A DNA stretch of 64,000 nt from Polyangiales bacterium. Lineage in GTDB: Bacteria > Myxococcota_A > Polyangia > Polyangiales > JADJQN01. The stretch covers positions 128,001 through 192,000 of the forward strand of contig CAXNJO010000007.1 of NCBI GenBank assembly GCA_964202905.1, written 5' to 3'. Position 1 is the stretch's first letter. The number at the start of each line of letters is the position of its first letter. Positions 51,580-62,140 of this stretch are shown here, one piece after another. The notes below the pieces were generated by a model that was not told where the DNA came from, did no database searches, and saw nothing but the letters and a program-made list of their open reading frames with translations. The position numbers were made by a program, and so were the translations under genes.

Positions 51580-52884
51580 GTGAACCAGTACGCCTCGCGC
51601 CGTGCGCGCCTCGTCGAGTCCATGGGCCCCGCGTCCGTCGCGGTCTTCTCGGCGGCCCCGGTCGCCATCCGCAACCACGACGTCGAGCACGAGTACCGGC
51701 AGGAGAGCGACCTGTACTACCTCAGCGGCTTCGACGAGCCGGAGAGCGTGCTCGTGCTCGCGCCGCACCACCCTCAGCACCGCGTCGTGCTCTTCGTGCG
51801 GCCTCGCGATCCGGCGCGCGAGATCTGGGACGGTCCGCGCGCGGGCGTCGACGGCGCGGTCGCACGCTTCGGCGCGGACGTGGCGTATCCGATCGCCGAG
51901 CTCGCCGAGCGCCTCCCCGAGTACCTCACGAACACGCGGCGGCTCTACTACCGCATCGGCCGCGACCGCGCGTTCGACGACCGCGTCCTCGCCGCGATCG
52001 CCGTGGTGCGGGCGCGGCAGCGGCTCGGCGTGACGGCGCCCCACGAACTCGTCGATCCCGGCGTGTTCGTCCACGAGCAGCGGCTCCGCAAGGACGAGCA
52101 CGAGCTTTCGTCCATGGGTGCGGCCGTCGAGGCGACGCGCGTCGGACACGCCCGCGCGATGGGCGCCGCGCGTCCCGGGGCCTTCGAGTACGAAGTCGAG
52201 GCCGAGCTGCTTCACGCCTTCCGCGCGCACGGCGCCGAGCGTCCGGCGTACGGATCGATCGTCGGCTCCGGTCCCAACGCCACCATCCTCCACTATCGCA
52301 AGAACGACCGCCGCCTCGAGGCGGGTGACCTCCTGCTCATCGATGCGGGCGCCGAGCACGGCTACTACGCCGCCGACGTGACGCGCACGTTCCCGGTGAG
52401 CGGGACGTTCACGGCGCCGCAGCGTGCGATCTACGACCTCGTGCTCGCCGCGCAGGACGCCGCGATCGCCGTGGTCCGCCCGGGGGCGACGCTCGACGCG
52501 GTGCACGACGCCGCGGTGCGCGTGCTCGCCGCGGGCCTCATCGAGCTGGGTCTCGTCACCGGCCCGCTCGACGAGGCGCTCGAGAAGGGGCTCTACAAGC
52601 CCTTCTACATGCACCGCACCTCGCACTGGCTCGGCATGGACGTGCACGACGTCGGCAGCTACTTCGTCGACGGCCGGCCGCGTCCACTCGAGCCGGGCTT
52701 CGTGCTCACGGTCGAGCCGGGGATCTACATCTCCGCGACGGCCGAGGTCGCCCCCGAGTGGCGCGGCATCGGCGTGCGCATCGAGGACGACATCCTCGTC
52801 ACCGCCGACGGCTCGCGGAACCTCACCGAGAGCATCCCGAAGCGCGCCGAGGAACTCGAGCAGATCCTCGCGCAGCGCGCGTGA
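51580..52884 (+). CDS. pepP: Xaa-Pro aminopeptidase P
   Basis: YRQESDLYYLSG, ILHY, IDAGAE, ADVTRT, HWLGMDVHD, TVEPGIY, GVRIEDD. Confidence 0.95.
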   Translation: MNQYASRRARLVESMGPASVAVFSAAPVAIRNHDVEHEYRQESDLYYLSGFDEPESVLVLAPHHPQHRVVLFVRPRDPAREIWDGPRAGVDGAVARFGADVAYPIAELAERLPEYLTNTRRLYYRIGRDRAFDDRVLAAIAVVRARQRLGVTAPHELVDPGVFVHEQRLRKDEHELSSMGAAVEATRVGHARAMGAARPGAFEYEVEAELLHAFRAHGAERPAYGSIVGSGPNATILHYRKNDRRLEAGDLLLIDAGAEHGYYAADVTRTFPVSGTFTAPQRAIYDLVLAAQDAAIAVVRPGATLDAVHDAAVRVLAAGLIELGLVTGPLDEALEKGLYKPFYMHRTSHWLGMDVHDVGSYFVDGRPRPLEPGFVLTVEPGIYISATAEVAPEWRGIGVRIEDDILVTADGSRNLTESIPKRAEELEQILAQRA

Positions 52885-52902
52885 TGCCGCGCGGGCTCGC
52901 GC

Positions 52903-54079
52903 TCACCACGGGTCCGCGTGCCGCGGGTCGCGGACGAACGCCGCGTCGGTGAGCGACCGCAGGAACGCGAGCAGATCCGCGCGCTCCGCCGCGCTGATCG
53001 CGATGGGGCGGATGAACGGGCTCTTGAACGGATTGTTCGCGCCGTCGCCCGCGTTGGGGCCCGACGCGACCAGCCGCCCGCCGCGCGCGTAGTGGTCGAG
53101 CACGTCGTCGAGCGTCGCGGCGCTGCCGTCGTGGAAGTAGGGCGCGGTGAGCGCGACGTTGCGGAGCGTGGGCGCGCGGAAGCGGCCCATGTCCAGCGGG
53201 TCCGTGGTGACGCGCGCGAGCCCCGTGTCGGAGGCCGGGTAGCTGCCGCGCCCGTCGACGTCGTAGAGCCCGGTGTTGTGGAATTCCGTCTCGTCGAAGG
53301 CCGTCCCGTCGTGGCGCGTCGACTGGGAGAAGTTGAAGCCGCCGTGGCAGTGGAAGCAGTCGAAGCGCTCCTCGAAGAAGAGCGCGAGCCCGCGCCGCGC
53401 CGAGGCGTCGAGCGCGCTCGCGTCGCCGCCGTACGTCGCGCGGTCGTAGGGCGAGCGGTAGGAGACGAGCGTGCGCTCGAAGGCGGCGAGCGCGACGACG
53501 ATGTGGCGCACCGTGAACGGGTCCGGCTCCGCGCCGAAGGCCTCGGGGAAGAGGCTGCTGGTAACGCGGCTCCGCGCGCAATCGCGCGAGCAGCGCGTCC
53601 TCGCCGCCCGCGAGGCCGAGCTCGACCGGAAACTCCCCGAACATCGGGATCAGCGCCTGCTCCGCGAGCGAGCCGTGTAGGGGGCTCGCCCAGGTGAGCG
53701 CCGAGGTGTAGCCGGCGTTCGTCAGCGACATCGCGTTGCGGAAGTGCGCCTCGCCCGTCGAGCCCACCGACGTCGCGAGCCCGTCGGTGAACGCGAGCGC
53801 CTGCGCGTGGCAGGAGGCACAGGACTGCGTGCCGTTTCCCGAGAGTCGGCGGTCGTAGAACAGGTGGCGCCCGAGCTCGACGCGGGGCTGCGTGAGCGGC
53901 TCGTCGGGCGGGATCGCGGGGCGCGGATAGCCCGGCGGCAGCCCGAGCGGATAGCCATCTTCCGGCGTGACGGGGCCCGCGTCCGCGGTTCCCGCATCGA
54001 CCGCGGAGGCGGGGGCCTCGTCGCACGCCGACAGCAGCGCGAGGGCGAGCGTGGCCGCGAGTGCGCCGCGCGGCGCCAC
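52903..54079 (-). CDS. mbnH: MbnH-family diheme enzyme (bCcP/MauG superfamily), apparent +1 frameshift near 53555
   Basis: [65 protein letters not shown]. Confidence 0.88.
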
Positions 54080-54083
54080 GGGC

Positions 54084-55007
54084 TCAGGGACTCCCGACGG
54101 AGAAGAAGTCCTGCGCGGCCGGGCTCGTGCCGAAGGGCAGGCCGATGCTCGTGAACACGGCGCGGCACTCCGGGTCCGAGGCGGTCGACATGCAGCCGGG
54201 CGCGGTGCCGGCGCTGTTCGCCTGCAGGTCCAGGGTCCCGACGAGCGCCGCGTAGTCCGCGACGATCACGCCGCTCGAGGGGTCGAAACCATCGAGCGTG
54301 ATGGTCGGACGATTCTCGAACTCGCAGCGGGTGACGCCACCCGTGGGGCTCCCGTTGCAGGCCGTGCTGCCGAGGTGCACGAGGAACGATGCGCCTCCGC
54401 TCGTCGCGTCGATCCGCGCGAACTTGTAGCCGCCCTGCCAGCCCCAGAAGAGCGAGGTGAGGTTGAGCGGCGCCCCCGCGCGCGACGCGTCGCGGTGGTT
54501 GAGCGCGAAGGGCACGCCGAGCGTGAAGCGCACGCCCGTGTACGGCCCGGGCGCCGCGCGACCGCGAACCACGTCGCGCGTGAGCGCGGTACCCGAGGTG
54601 CACGCGCCACTCCCGTCCTCGAAATCGAGGAGCGCGACGCCCTCTCCCTGCCAGGGAGATTCCTCGTCGAGGGTCACGGCGGCGCTGCTGCCATCCGCGC
54701 GCAGCAACTCGAGCGCATGCACGTAGAAGCGGAAGTCGTTGAAGGTGACCGCTTGCGAGCCGTCCGGCCCGAGGCCTCCGAAGGTCGCGCCGCACGCGGC
54801 ATTCGCGGAGCCGACCCGCGCGGCGAAGCGAATCGTCACGGCTTCGTCGGCGACGTCCGCGTCATCTCCGGCGTCGAGCGCGACCGACGCGTCGAGCGCC
54901 GGGTCAGGGGGCGGCGCCGGCCCGTCGTCATCCCCGCAGGCGGCAGGGGCGAGGGAGAGCGCGGAGAGCGCCAGCGGGAGCCAGAGGGATGCGCGATCCG
55001 ACGTCAT
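54084..55007 (-). CDS. mbnP: MbnP-family copper-binding protein (four-Cys 'metallo-mystery pair' protein)
   Basis: Lipobox PAAC; DFRFYV, LLDFEDGSGAC, LGVPFALNH, LFWGWQGGYKF (WxW), HLGSTAC, NRP, GCMS..DPEC. Confidence 0.88.
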   Translation of the reverse strand: MTSDRASLWLPLALSALSLAPAACGDDDGPAPPPDPALDASVALDAGDDADVADEAVTIRFAARVGSANAACGATFGGLGPDGSQAVTFNDFRFYVHALELLRADGSSAAVTLDEESPWQGEGVALLDFEDGSGACTSGTALTRDVVRGRAAPGPYTGVRFTLGVPFALNHRDASRAGAPLNLTSLFWGWQGGYKFARIDATSGGASFLVHLGSTACNGSPTGGVTRCEFENRPTITLDGFDPSSGVIVADYAALVGTLDLQANSAGTAPGCMSTASDPECRAVFTSIGLPFGTSPAAQDFFSVGSP

Positions 55008-55134
55008 CGCGCGAGCCTCGCACGGTCTCGCGCGCCTCCGCCAGCGAGGCGCTTCGCGCTGCCATCGAGCGGGCATGAGCGGCCTCCGGCCTGTCGGCGT
55101 GACACGCTCCGGCTTCGACCCACGGAGGCCCGCG

Positions 55135-56584
55135 ATGAACCGATGCTGGACGGGAACGCTCGTCGTCGCGCTCGCGCTGTGCGCGTTCCCCATCGGAGCG
55201 CACGCGCAGGAGACGCTGGTCCTCTCGGCGCAGGGCTCGCACGTCGAGGTCCTCGGTGCCCCGGCGCAACCGCGCTACGCGGGGCTCGCGCCGTTCCTCG
55301 AGGCGCTCTCGCCGCATGGCGCTTGGCTCGATCTGCCGACCGTCGGCCTCGCGTGGCGTCCGGACCCGGCGATCGTCGGGCCCGCGTTCGTGCCGTACAC
55401 GAGCCACGGGCGCTGGGTCGAGAGCGAGGTCGGGTGGGTCTTCGAGTCCGATTTTCCCTGGGGTTATGCGACGTTCCACTACGGCCGCTGGCTGCGCGAC
55501 GCGGAGCACGGCTGGGTATGGACGCCCGACATGGCGTGGGGCGCGGCGTGGGTGGCGTGGCGCGTCGGTGGCGACCGTGTCGGCTGGGTGCCGCTGCCCC
55601 CCGAGGGATACGCCTACGCCCCCGCAGCAGGGCCTCTTTACGTGATCATTCCCCTCGTCTACCTCGCGGACCCGGGCTTCGCGCGGTACGTCGTCGCAGG
55701 CCCCGGCGCCGCGGGGTGGGTCGATGCGAGCGCGTCGTGCGAGCGCTGGTGGGACGATGGCGCGCGCGGCTGGCCCGCAGGGCCACGACCGATCGTGGCA
55801 GGCCCGCGCGGCGCCGGGACGCCGCTTCAGCCGCGCGGTGTCGTGACGGTGCGTCCGCCGCCGCGCGGGGTCGTTGCCGTGCGTCCTCCGGGCGGGGAAG
55901 GCGAGGTGCGTGGTCGCATCGTCGCGCGTCCATCGCCGGCGTCGGTCGAACGGCCGACCATCGCGGTCACCCCGGCGCCCTGGGGCAGCGCGCCACCGGC
56001 ACCGCCGCCGGCCTCGTCCGCTCGCCGCCGCTACGGCGTCGCGCGCACCGTGCTGCCCGCGCGCGAGGACGTCGGCTGGTGGCCCGGCCCGGGCACGTCG
56101 GTCGCGGCTGCGGCCGGGGGCGCGTCTTCCTCCGCGAACCCGCGCTCCGCGCCATCGGGCCCACGCGACGGAAACGCTGCATCGTCCGCGGCGGCGCGCG
56201 GCAGTTCCTCGCGCAGCCTCGCAGCAGACCGCGCCAGCCTGCTCCGAATCCCGGACTCACCTGCTCGCCCGGCCGAGCGACGCTCGTTTCGGTTCGTCGG
56301 CGGAGCCCCCACGCAGCGCGCCGTCCGGCGGGTTCCGCGGCCGTTCCCCCGCAGAGGCGCTCCTGGAGATGCCCCCGGTGTTCCGCGCGGATCCGCCGCC
56401 TGTCGCGTCGGAGTCGTCGGCGAGGAGCGCGTCGCCCGAGTACACGACCCAGCCACCCGCGGCAGCATCGGCCGCGCGACCGGCGGTGGCTCCCTCCCGA
56501 AACGCTGATCCGGGCCCGTCGATGCCGCGCGTCGACGCGCCGTCGGCCTTCCGCGGATCGTTCTTCTCAGCGCCGCGCCGCTGA
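55135..56584 (+). CDS. Secreted DUF6600-like Trp-rich protein with low-complexity tail (possible +1 frameshift; unshifted stop at 56508)
   Basis: Signal peptide (AHAQ); LSPHGAW, FVPYTSHGRW, PWGYATFHYGRW, WGAAWVAWR, VGWVPLPP. Confidence 0.72.
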
Positions 56585-56619
56585 TTTCAGCGCCGACTCC
56601 GCGGCTGCGCTGCGCGCGC

Positions 56620-56979
56620 TCAGCCCTCTTCTTCGTCCAGGAAGTCCCAGAGCGCCGTCATCCCGATCGCCAGGCCACAACGCTCGCAGAGGGGCGGTTG
56701 CTCGCGCTCGATCGTGTCGCCCCGGACGAAGAGCAGCAGGCCGTGCCCCGCCGGCTCGCCGTCGATCGCCTCGTCGCACGCGTGACAGCGCGTGGGCTCC
56801 GCGTCCGGCGCGCGCTGCGGCGGCGGCGTCGCGCCATCCCAGCGGAGCGCGAGAGGAACTTGCGCGGCGCGATCGCGTTCGCCGCCTCGCGCGTCGGCAG
56901 AGGCGCCAGCGGCGCCGACCGGCGCAGCCTCACCCCGCAGGCTGCGCGGGTCCCCCGAAGCTCCTCTGTGCGACGACAT
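56620..56979 (-). CDS. Small hypothetical protein with CxxC...CxxC (possible zinc finger)
   Basis: CHAC and CERC, acidic C-terminus DEEEG; extended -10-like element just upstream of the ATG. Confidence 0.6.
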   Translation of the reverse strand: MSSHRGASGDPRSLRGEAAPVGAAGASADARGGERDRAAQVPLALRWDGATPPPQRAPDAEPTRCHACDEAIDGEPAGHGLLLFVRGDTIEREQPPLCERCGLAIGMTALWDFLDEEEG

Positions 56980-57103
56980 CGCGCGCACCTTAGCAGCGCG
57001 CGCGTCGGAGCGCAGCGGTGCGTCCGCCGGCCCGCAGCGGTGCTGCGGTCGAGCCCGCCCGCCCTTGTCTCCGCGGGATCAGCGGCACACATTGCCGCGC
57101 TCC

Positions 57104-59680
57104 ATGCCCCACGTCGCCCTCTGCGGGCACGCCCACGGCGCCATGCTCGGCCCCGACGGCGCGCGCGCCTTCCCGCTCCCCGGCGATCCCCCGCAATACG
57201 CGCGCGATCGCAGCTTCGCCGTCGATCACCTCACCCTGCGCGTCCGGCTCGATTTCGATGCGCGCGCCGTCTCCGGCGAGGCGACCCTCGCGGTGCGCCG
57301 CATCGATCCCCACGCCCGCGCGCTCGTGCTCGACGCCGTCGGCTTCGAGGACGTCGAGGTCGCGCGGATCGACGCCGCGGGCGCGTCGCGGGGCGCGGCC
57401 TTCCGCTACGACGGCGAGGCGCTCTCCATCGATCTCGCTGACGTCGGCGACGGCGCGGGGACGTCGATCACCATCCGGTGGCGCTGCACGCCGCGGCGCG
57501 GCCTGTATTTCCTCGGACCCGACGCAGCCGTGCCCGACCGGCCCAGGCAGGTCTGGTCGCAGGGCCAGGACCAGGACAACCGGCACTGGTTCCCCTGCCT
57601 CGATCACCCCGGCGTTCGCGCGCGTACGGACGTGCTCGTCACCGTCCCGCGCGGTCTCTTCGCGCTCTCGAACGGCGCGCTCGTCTCCCGCACCGACGAC
57701 GCCGACGCGACGACGACCTTCCACTGGCGCCTCGCCGAGCCGCATCCCGCCTACCTCGTGATGCTCGCCGTCGCCGACTTCGAGGAAGAGCACGACGAGG
57801 TCGATGGGCTGCCCGTCTCTTATTACGCGCTGCGCGGAAGCGGCGCGCACCTGCGCCGCTCGCTCGGTCGCACGCCGGAGATGATTCGCCTGTTCTCACG
57901 GCAACTCGCGCTCCCGTTCCCCTGGGAGAAGTACGCGCAGGTCGTGGTGAGCGACTTCATCTTCGGCGGCATGGAGAACACCTCCGCGACGACGCTGTAC
58001 GAGCGCGCGCTGCTCGACGAGCGCGCCGCCCTCGACGTCGACACCGAGTCGCTCGTCGCGCACGAGCTCGCGCACCAGTGGTTCGGCGATCTGCTCACGT
58101 GCCGCGAGTGGACGCATGCGTGGCTCAACGAGGGCTTCGCGACGTACTTCGAGCACGTCTGGCGCGAGCACTGCGATGGCCGCGACGGCTACCTCTACGA
58201 GCTCGAGCACGGGCTCGACGCGTGGAGCGAGGAGGACGGCGCGCGCTACCGGCGCGCGGTGGTCGACAACCGCTGGGCGGCGCCGATCGACCTCTTCGAC
58301 CGGCACCTCTACCAGAAGGGCGGCCTCGTGCTGCATGCGCTGCGCGAGCGCCTCGGCGACGAGGCCTTCTGGCGCGGTGTACGGCTGTACGTCGCGCGCC
58401 ACCGCGGCGCACCCGTGGAGACGCGCGATTTCCTGCGCGCGATGGAGGATGCCACCGGCCGCTCGCTCGAAGCCTTCTTCGAGCAGTGGATCCTGCGGCC
58501 CGGCATGCCCAGCCTCGCCCTCTCCGCCACGTGGGAACACGGCGTGCTCTCGCTGACGATCGAGCAGCGTGGTGAGCTCTTCCAAGCCGAGCTCCCCGTC
58601 GACGTCGTGACCGCCGCTGGATCGGTTCGGCATCGCGTGCCGCTGCGCGCCGCGAAGGAGACGTACTCGCTCGCCTGCGCGACGGCGCCGACCCGCGTCG
58701 TCGTCGATCCGGAACTCGCGCTGCCGGGCCGCATCGAGAACGGCTTCGGCACCGCGCTCCTCGTCGCCCAACTCGCCGCCGACGAGCGCGCTGCGCCGCG
58801 CTGGAGGGCCGCGCGCGCGCTCGGCAAGCGCAACGCGCGCGACGCTGTGCGCGCGCTCGCGGCAGGGCTCGCAGGCGATGCCTTCTGGGGTGTGCGCGTC
58901 GAGTGTGCCGGCGCGCTCGCCGAGCACCGCAGCGCAGCGGCGCTCGACGCGCTGCTCGCCGCGCCCATCGACGCGGACCCGCGCGTCCGCCGCGCCTTGG
59001 CCCGCGCGCTCGGCGCGTTTCGCGAGCCCCGCGCCGCCGACCGCCTCATCGCCGATCTCGCGCGCGACGAGCGCAGCTGGCTCGTCGAATCCGAGCGCCT
59101 CCGCGCCCTCGGTCGCACCCGCGACGATCGCGCCCTCGCGTTGCTCGTCGCGGCGCTTCCGCGCGCGTCCTGGTCCGACGTCGTCCGCACCGCGGCGCTC
59201 GACGGGCTCGGCGCGCTGCGCGACGCAAGCGCGCTCCCGCACCTTCTCGAGCACGTCCGCTACGGCGTGCCGAGCGCGTCCCGCCGCGCCGCGCTCGCCG
59301 GGCTCTCCGCCGCGCGCGAGCTCACGACGGACGCGCCGCTCCTCGCCCGGCTGCGGGAGACCCTCGCGGACCAACTCGACGACTTCGACCCCAACGTCGC
59401 GATCGCGGCGATCGTCGCGTTGCGCGACCTGCGTGCGCGCGACGCGCTCTCCGCGCTCGAGCGTGCGTCGCAGCGCTCCCTCGACGGTCGCGTGCGCCGC
59501 CGCGCGCGCGAGGCGCTCCGCGACCTCGGCGCAGCGCTCGCAGAGGACGCCGCCGTGCCCGCGTTGAGGGAGGAGGTCGAGAAGCTGCGCGAGGAGACCC
59601 GCGCGATGCGCGACCGGCTCGCGGCGCTCGAGGCGCGTCCCTCGACGTCCTTGGCCGCGCGCGATCCTGCCCCCGCTTGA
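57104..59680 (+). CDS. pepN: M1-family aminopeptidase with C-terminal HEAT repeats and coiled coil
   Basis: WFPCLD, GGMEN, HELAHQWFG..NEGFA, YQKG; HEAT-like repeats. Confidence 0.92.
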   Translation: MPHVALCGHAHGAMLGPDGARAFPLPGDPPQYARDRSFAVDHLTLRVRLDFDARAVSGEATLAVRRIDPHARALVLDAVGFEDVEVARIDAAGASRGAAFRYDGEALSIDLADVGDGAGTSITIRWRCTPRRGLYFLGPDAAVPDRPRQVWSQGQDQDNRHWFPCLDHPGVRARTDVLVTVPRGLFALSNGALVSRTDDADATTTFHWRLAEPHPAYLVMLAVADFEEEHDEVDGLPVSYYALRGSGAHLRRSLGRTPEMIRLFSRQLALPFPWEKYAQVVVSDFIFGGMENTSATTLYERALLDERAALDVDTESLVAHELAHQWFGDLLTCREWTHAWLNEGFATYFEHVWREHCDGRDGYLYELEHGLDAWSEEDGARYRRAVVDNRWAAPIDLFDRHLYQKGGLVLHALRERLGDEAFWRGVRLYVARHRGAPVETRDFLRAMEDATGRSLEAFFEQWILRPGMPSLALSATWEHGVLSLTIEQRGELFQAELPVDVVTAAGSVRHRVPLRAAKETYSLACATAPTRVVVDPELALPGRIENGFGTALLVAQLAADERAAPRWRAARALGKRNARDAVRALAAGLAGDAFWGVRVECAGALAEHRSAAALDALLAAPIDADPRVRRALARALGAFREPRAADRLIADLARDERSWLVESERLRALGRTRDDRALALLVAALPRASWSDVVRTAALDGLGALRDASALPHLLEHVRYGVPSASRRAALAGLSAARELTTDAPLLARLRETLADQLDDFDPNVAIAAIVALRDLRARDALSALERASQRSLDGRVRRRAREALRDLGAALAEDAAVPALREEVEKLREETRAMRDRLAALEARPSTSLAARDPAPA

Positions 59681-59707
59681 CCGCAGCCGCGCGGAAGGTG
59701 TTACGCT
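59677..59707 (+). promoter_or_regulatory. Putative sigma70 promoter for RRM gene
   Basis: TTGACC, then extended -10 TGtTACGCT (19-nt spacer). Confidence 0.4.
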
Positions 59708-59797
59708 CAGGCGGTTGGCTACCGTTCGTCGTGGGCGAGGCGCATCGTGCGTCGCGGCGCGGCGACCACCTCAGAGATCCGGGAGACGAAGCAGAAG

Positions 59798-60811
59798 ATG
59801 GCGAACGAGGATGCGTGCAAGCTGTTCGTCGCAGGCTTGCCCGAGGCGATGTCGGAAGAGGGACTCAGCGAGCTGTTCGTCAGCTCGGGCTCGAAGATCG
59901 AGGATCTGTCGATGCCGAGGGACCGCATGACCGGGCGGCCTCGCGGCTTTGCCTTCGTGCGGCTCGCGTCTCCGGCTGACGCGGAGGCCGCACGCGCGAC
60001 CCTCGACGGGACGCTCATCGAGGGACGCAGCATCAGCGTCCGTCCGTTCTCCCCCGAGCCCCCCGCACGCGGAGAGCGCGGTCCCGGCATCGCGCTGCGT
60101 TCGGTGACCGGCGCGCCGATGTTGCGAGAGCCGGGCGGCGGCATGGGCGACCGGCCCGCCCCGCGCGGCCCTGGCGGCCCCGGCGGGCCCGGTGGCCCTG
60201 ACTCCTCGGACCGCACCCTCTACGTGGGCAACTTGCCCTACGACGCCAGCGAATCGGACGTGAAGGAGTTGTTCGAGCAGCTCGGCATCCCGGCCGCGCA
60301 GCGCATCCACCTCCCGACAGACCCGGATGGCCGCAAGCGTGGCTTCGGCTTCGTCACGGTCGCCTCGGCCGAGGAGGCGGTGAGCTCCCTCGAGAAGCTG
60401 AAGGAGGCGCAGGTGCGCGGCCGTCGCCTCGTGGTGAACATCGCCCACCCGAAGGGTGACCGTCCGCCCCCGCGCGCGGGTGGCTTCGAGCGCGGCCCTG
60501 GGGGCTTCGAACGAGGCCCGGCCGGGTTTGACCGCGGCCCCGCCGGGTTCGATCGCGGCCCGGCCGGGTTCGATCGCGGCCCCGCTGGCGGAGGCTATGG
60601 CGGCGCGGGTGGGGCCGCTGGCAGTGCACCGGCCGGTACACCCGAAGAGCGTCGGCGCCGCACCTTCTCTGCGGACGACAAACCCGGCGGCGCCGCGCCC
60701 GCCTTCGGCAAGGCCGGCAACAAGAAGCGTCGCCCCCTCGAGCCGAAGAACGCCGGCAAGAAGCGCGGTGGCGGCGGCAGCAGCGGCGGCTGGGAAGAGG
60801 ACGACTACTGA
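59798..60811 (+). CDS. RNA-binding protein with two RRM domains and an RG/FG-rich tail
   Basis: RNP2 LFVAGL and LYVGNL; RNP1 RGFAFVRL and RGFGFVTV. Confidence 0.92.
   Translation: MANEDACKLFVAGLPEAMSEEGLSELFVSSGSKIEDLSMPRDRMTGRPRGFAFVRLASPADAEAARATLDGTLIEGRSISVRPFSPEPPARGERGPGIALRSVTGAPMLREPGGGMGDRPAPRGPGGPGGPGGPDSSDRTLYVGNLPYDASESDVKELFEQLGIPAAQRIHLPTDPDGRKRGFGFVTVASAEEAVSSLEKLKEAQVRGRRLVVNIAHPKGDRPPPRAGGFERGPGGFERGPAGFDRGPAGFDRGPAGFDRGPAGGGYGGAGGAAGSAPAGTPEERRRRTFSADDKPGGAAPAFGKAGNKKRRPLEPKNAGKKRGGGGSSGGWEEDDY
60482..60586 (+). repeat. 5 x 21-bp degenerate repeat encoding GF[E/D]RGP[G/A]
   Basis: Visible directly; synonymous variation between units. Confidence 0.9.
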
Positions 60812-60874
60812 CCCTCCGACCCCGGTCCCGCGCCGCGTGCGGCGCCGGACAGTCGAGGAGGGTGGCCCGTACCC

Positions 60875-60939
60875 CGCGGAAACGCCGCAGGTTTCCGCGC
60901 TTCACCAGCGTTGACAGCCACGGGCTGCGACGCTAGAAA
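60875..60939 (+). promoter_or_regulatory. Sigma70 promoter of nuo operon with upstream inverted repeat
   Basis: TTGACA (60911)-17 nt-TAGAAA (60934); CGCGGAAAC-N7-GTTTCCGCG at 60875-60899. Confidence 0.6.
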
Positions 60940-61181
60940 CGCCGCCGCAGGGCATGCCGGTTCGCGGTATCCCCACGGGCGGGCAGCGGGATTCGCCACG
61001 CCGCGAGTCCGATGGCGGGAGGCCCCGCGTCGGCGCCGGCCGAGGTCCTCAGATCCGGCAGCGGGCCCCGGCCCGGCGAGGGGCTCAGGCCCGGCAAGAA
61101 CGACCGGGGCCCGGCCCCACGAAAAGACGACCCGGGGCACCGCGCCCGCATCCAGACCCACGAAGCGAAGGCTGGCCGTCG

Positions 61182-61528
61182 ATGCTCTCCGTCTACCTCC
61201 CGATTCTCGTCATCCTCGTCGTCGCGATCGTCCTCGCGTCGGCCATCTTCACGCTCGGCACGGTTCTCGGTCCGAAGAACCCGACCCCGGAGAAGATGCT
61301 GCCCTTCGAGTCAGGTTCCGACTCGACGGGCGCGCAGCACGTCAAGCTGAGCGTGAAGTTCTACTTGACGGCGATCCTCTTCGTCGTCTTCGACATCGAG
61401 GCCGTCTTCCTCTACCCGTGGGCCGGCCTCTTCCGCAGCCTCGGCTGGATTGGCCTCGTCGAGATGACCCTCTTCCTCACGGTCCTCGCGGCCACGCTCG
61501 TCTACGCCTGGAAAAAGGGAGCCCTCGA

Positions 61529-61541
<13 letters not shown>
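61182..61541 (+). CDS. nuoA: NADH-quinone oxidoreductase subunit A
   Basis: PFESG, FYLTAILFVVFDIE, WKKGALEW. Confidence 0.96.

Positions 61542-62136
<595 letters not shown>

Positions 62137-62140
<4 letters not shown>

Noticed and set aside
52903..55007. Methanobactin biosynthetic cluster
   Set aside because: No MbnA precursor, MbnB/MbnC or MbnT is in the window.
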